The notes below the pieces were generated by a model, which saw nothing but the letters and a program-made list of their open reading frames with translations, made no database searches and was not told the DNA's origin. From positions 83,027-147,026 of the forward strand of contig CAKPKL010000002.1 of the NCBI GenBank assembly GCA_934167485.1: a stretch of 64,000 nucleotides of DNA, written 5' to 3'. Positions 63,719 to 64,000 of the stretch are shown piece by piece. A program made the translations under genes and the position numbers. The DNA is from an uncultured Bacilli bacterium. GTDB taxonomy: Bacteria > Bacillota_I > Bacilli_A > RF39 > UBA660. The first letter of the stretch is position 1; each line of letters opens with the position of its first letter.

Positions 63719-64000
63719 ATGATGAAATACGAAGTAAATATAAATGAATTTGAAGGACCACTAGATTTATTACTTCATTTAATAAAAAAATCCAATATAA
63801 GTATAAATGAAATTAGTATAGATGAAATTACTAAACAATATTTAGAATATATAAATAAAATGGAAGAATTAAATTTGGATATTGCTAGCGAATACTTAGT
63901 TATGGCAGCAGAACTCATAGAAATTAAATCATCTTCTCTTCTCCCACGTCAAGAAATTGAAGAAGATGAATTCGAAGAAGATCCAAAAGAAAAATTGATA
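63719..64000 (+). CDS. scpA: segregation and condensation protein A, N-terminal part (runs off the right edge)
   Basis: Manual translation: MMKYEVNINEFEGPLDLLLHLIKKSNISINEISIDEITKQYLEYI...ASEYLVMAAELIEIKS. GGAGTG SD. Start is at 63719 or 63722. Confidence 0.85.
   Translation, partial: MMKYEVNINEFEGPLDLLLHLIKKSNISINEISIDEITKQYLEYINKMEELNLDIASEYLVMAAELIEIKSSSLLPRQEIEEDEFEEDPKEKLI

Noticed and set aside
1-64000. CRISPR arrays, IS elements, integrases, toxin-antitoxin pairs or known defence genes.
   Set aside because: I saw no regularly spaced direct repeats, and no transposase, recombinase or nuclease-type ORFs. The only notable repeats are the 23-bp pair at 8050/9641 and the paralogous gene segments.

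Overview
Very AT-rich chromosomal segment from an endospore-forming Bacillota. Spore genes present are gpr, spoVIF-like, gerQ-like, yabP/yabQ and spoVG. The standard genetic code applies, since TGA is used as a stop. Nearly all genes lie on the minus strand. I found no rRNA, tRNA, tmRNA, CRISPR array, transposase, integrase or relaxase.

Positions 1-39 kb are mostly housekeeping: dus, der, gpr, rpsT, the rimP-nusA-ylxR-infB-rbfA operon, recD2, miaA, queA, greA, a U32 peptidase pair, pduL, smpB, two capA-like paralogues, rnr and rmuC. Several accessory oddities are mixed in:
- Three type IV pilin-like genes share one N-terminal module. One of them is interrupted by an 11-nt poly-G tract just after its start codon.
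- One pilin cassette is bracketed by a 23-bp direct repeat that copies the 3' end of rbfA.
- Two cytidylate-deaminase genes sit where ylxQ normally lies in the nusA-infB operon.
- rimP is truncated.

Positions 39.06-63.6 kb are the main find. This is a 24.5-kb block of 28 consecutive minus-strand ORFs. A Tad/Flp pilus module (CpaB, TadA, TadB, TadC, Flp-like pilin, pseudopilins including one with a ricin-type lectin domain, TadZ-like) runs with a 14-nt gap into a Gram-positive-type T4SS module. The T4SS module holds four VirB2-like two-TM Cys-motif paralogues, VirB6-like, VirB3/PrgI-like, a split VirB4, two cell-wall hydrolases, a lipoprotein, two anchored small proteins and a VirD4 coupling protein. 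The flanks are core genes (rhodanese/rmuC on one side, scpA on the other). Two more copies of the VirB2-like module occur elsewhere in the core region, fused to Cys-rich secreted domains.

All functional calls rest on motif recognition in the translated ORFs. No database search was run.
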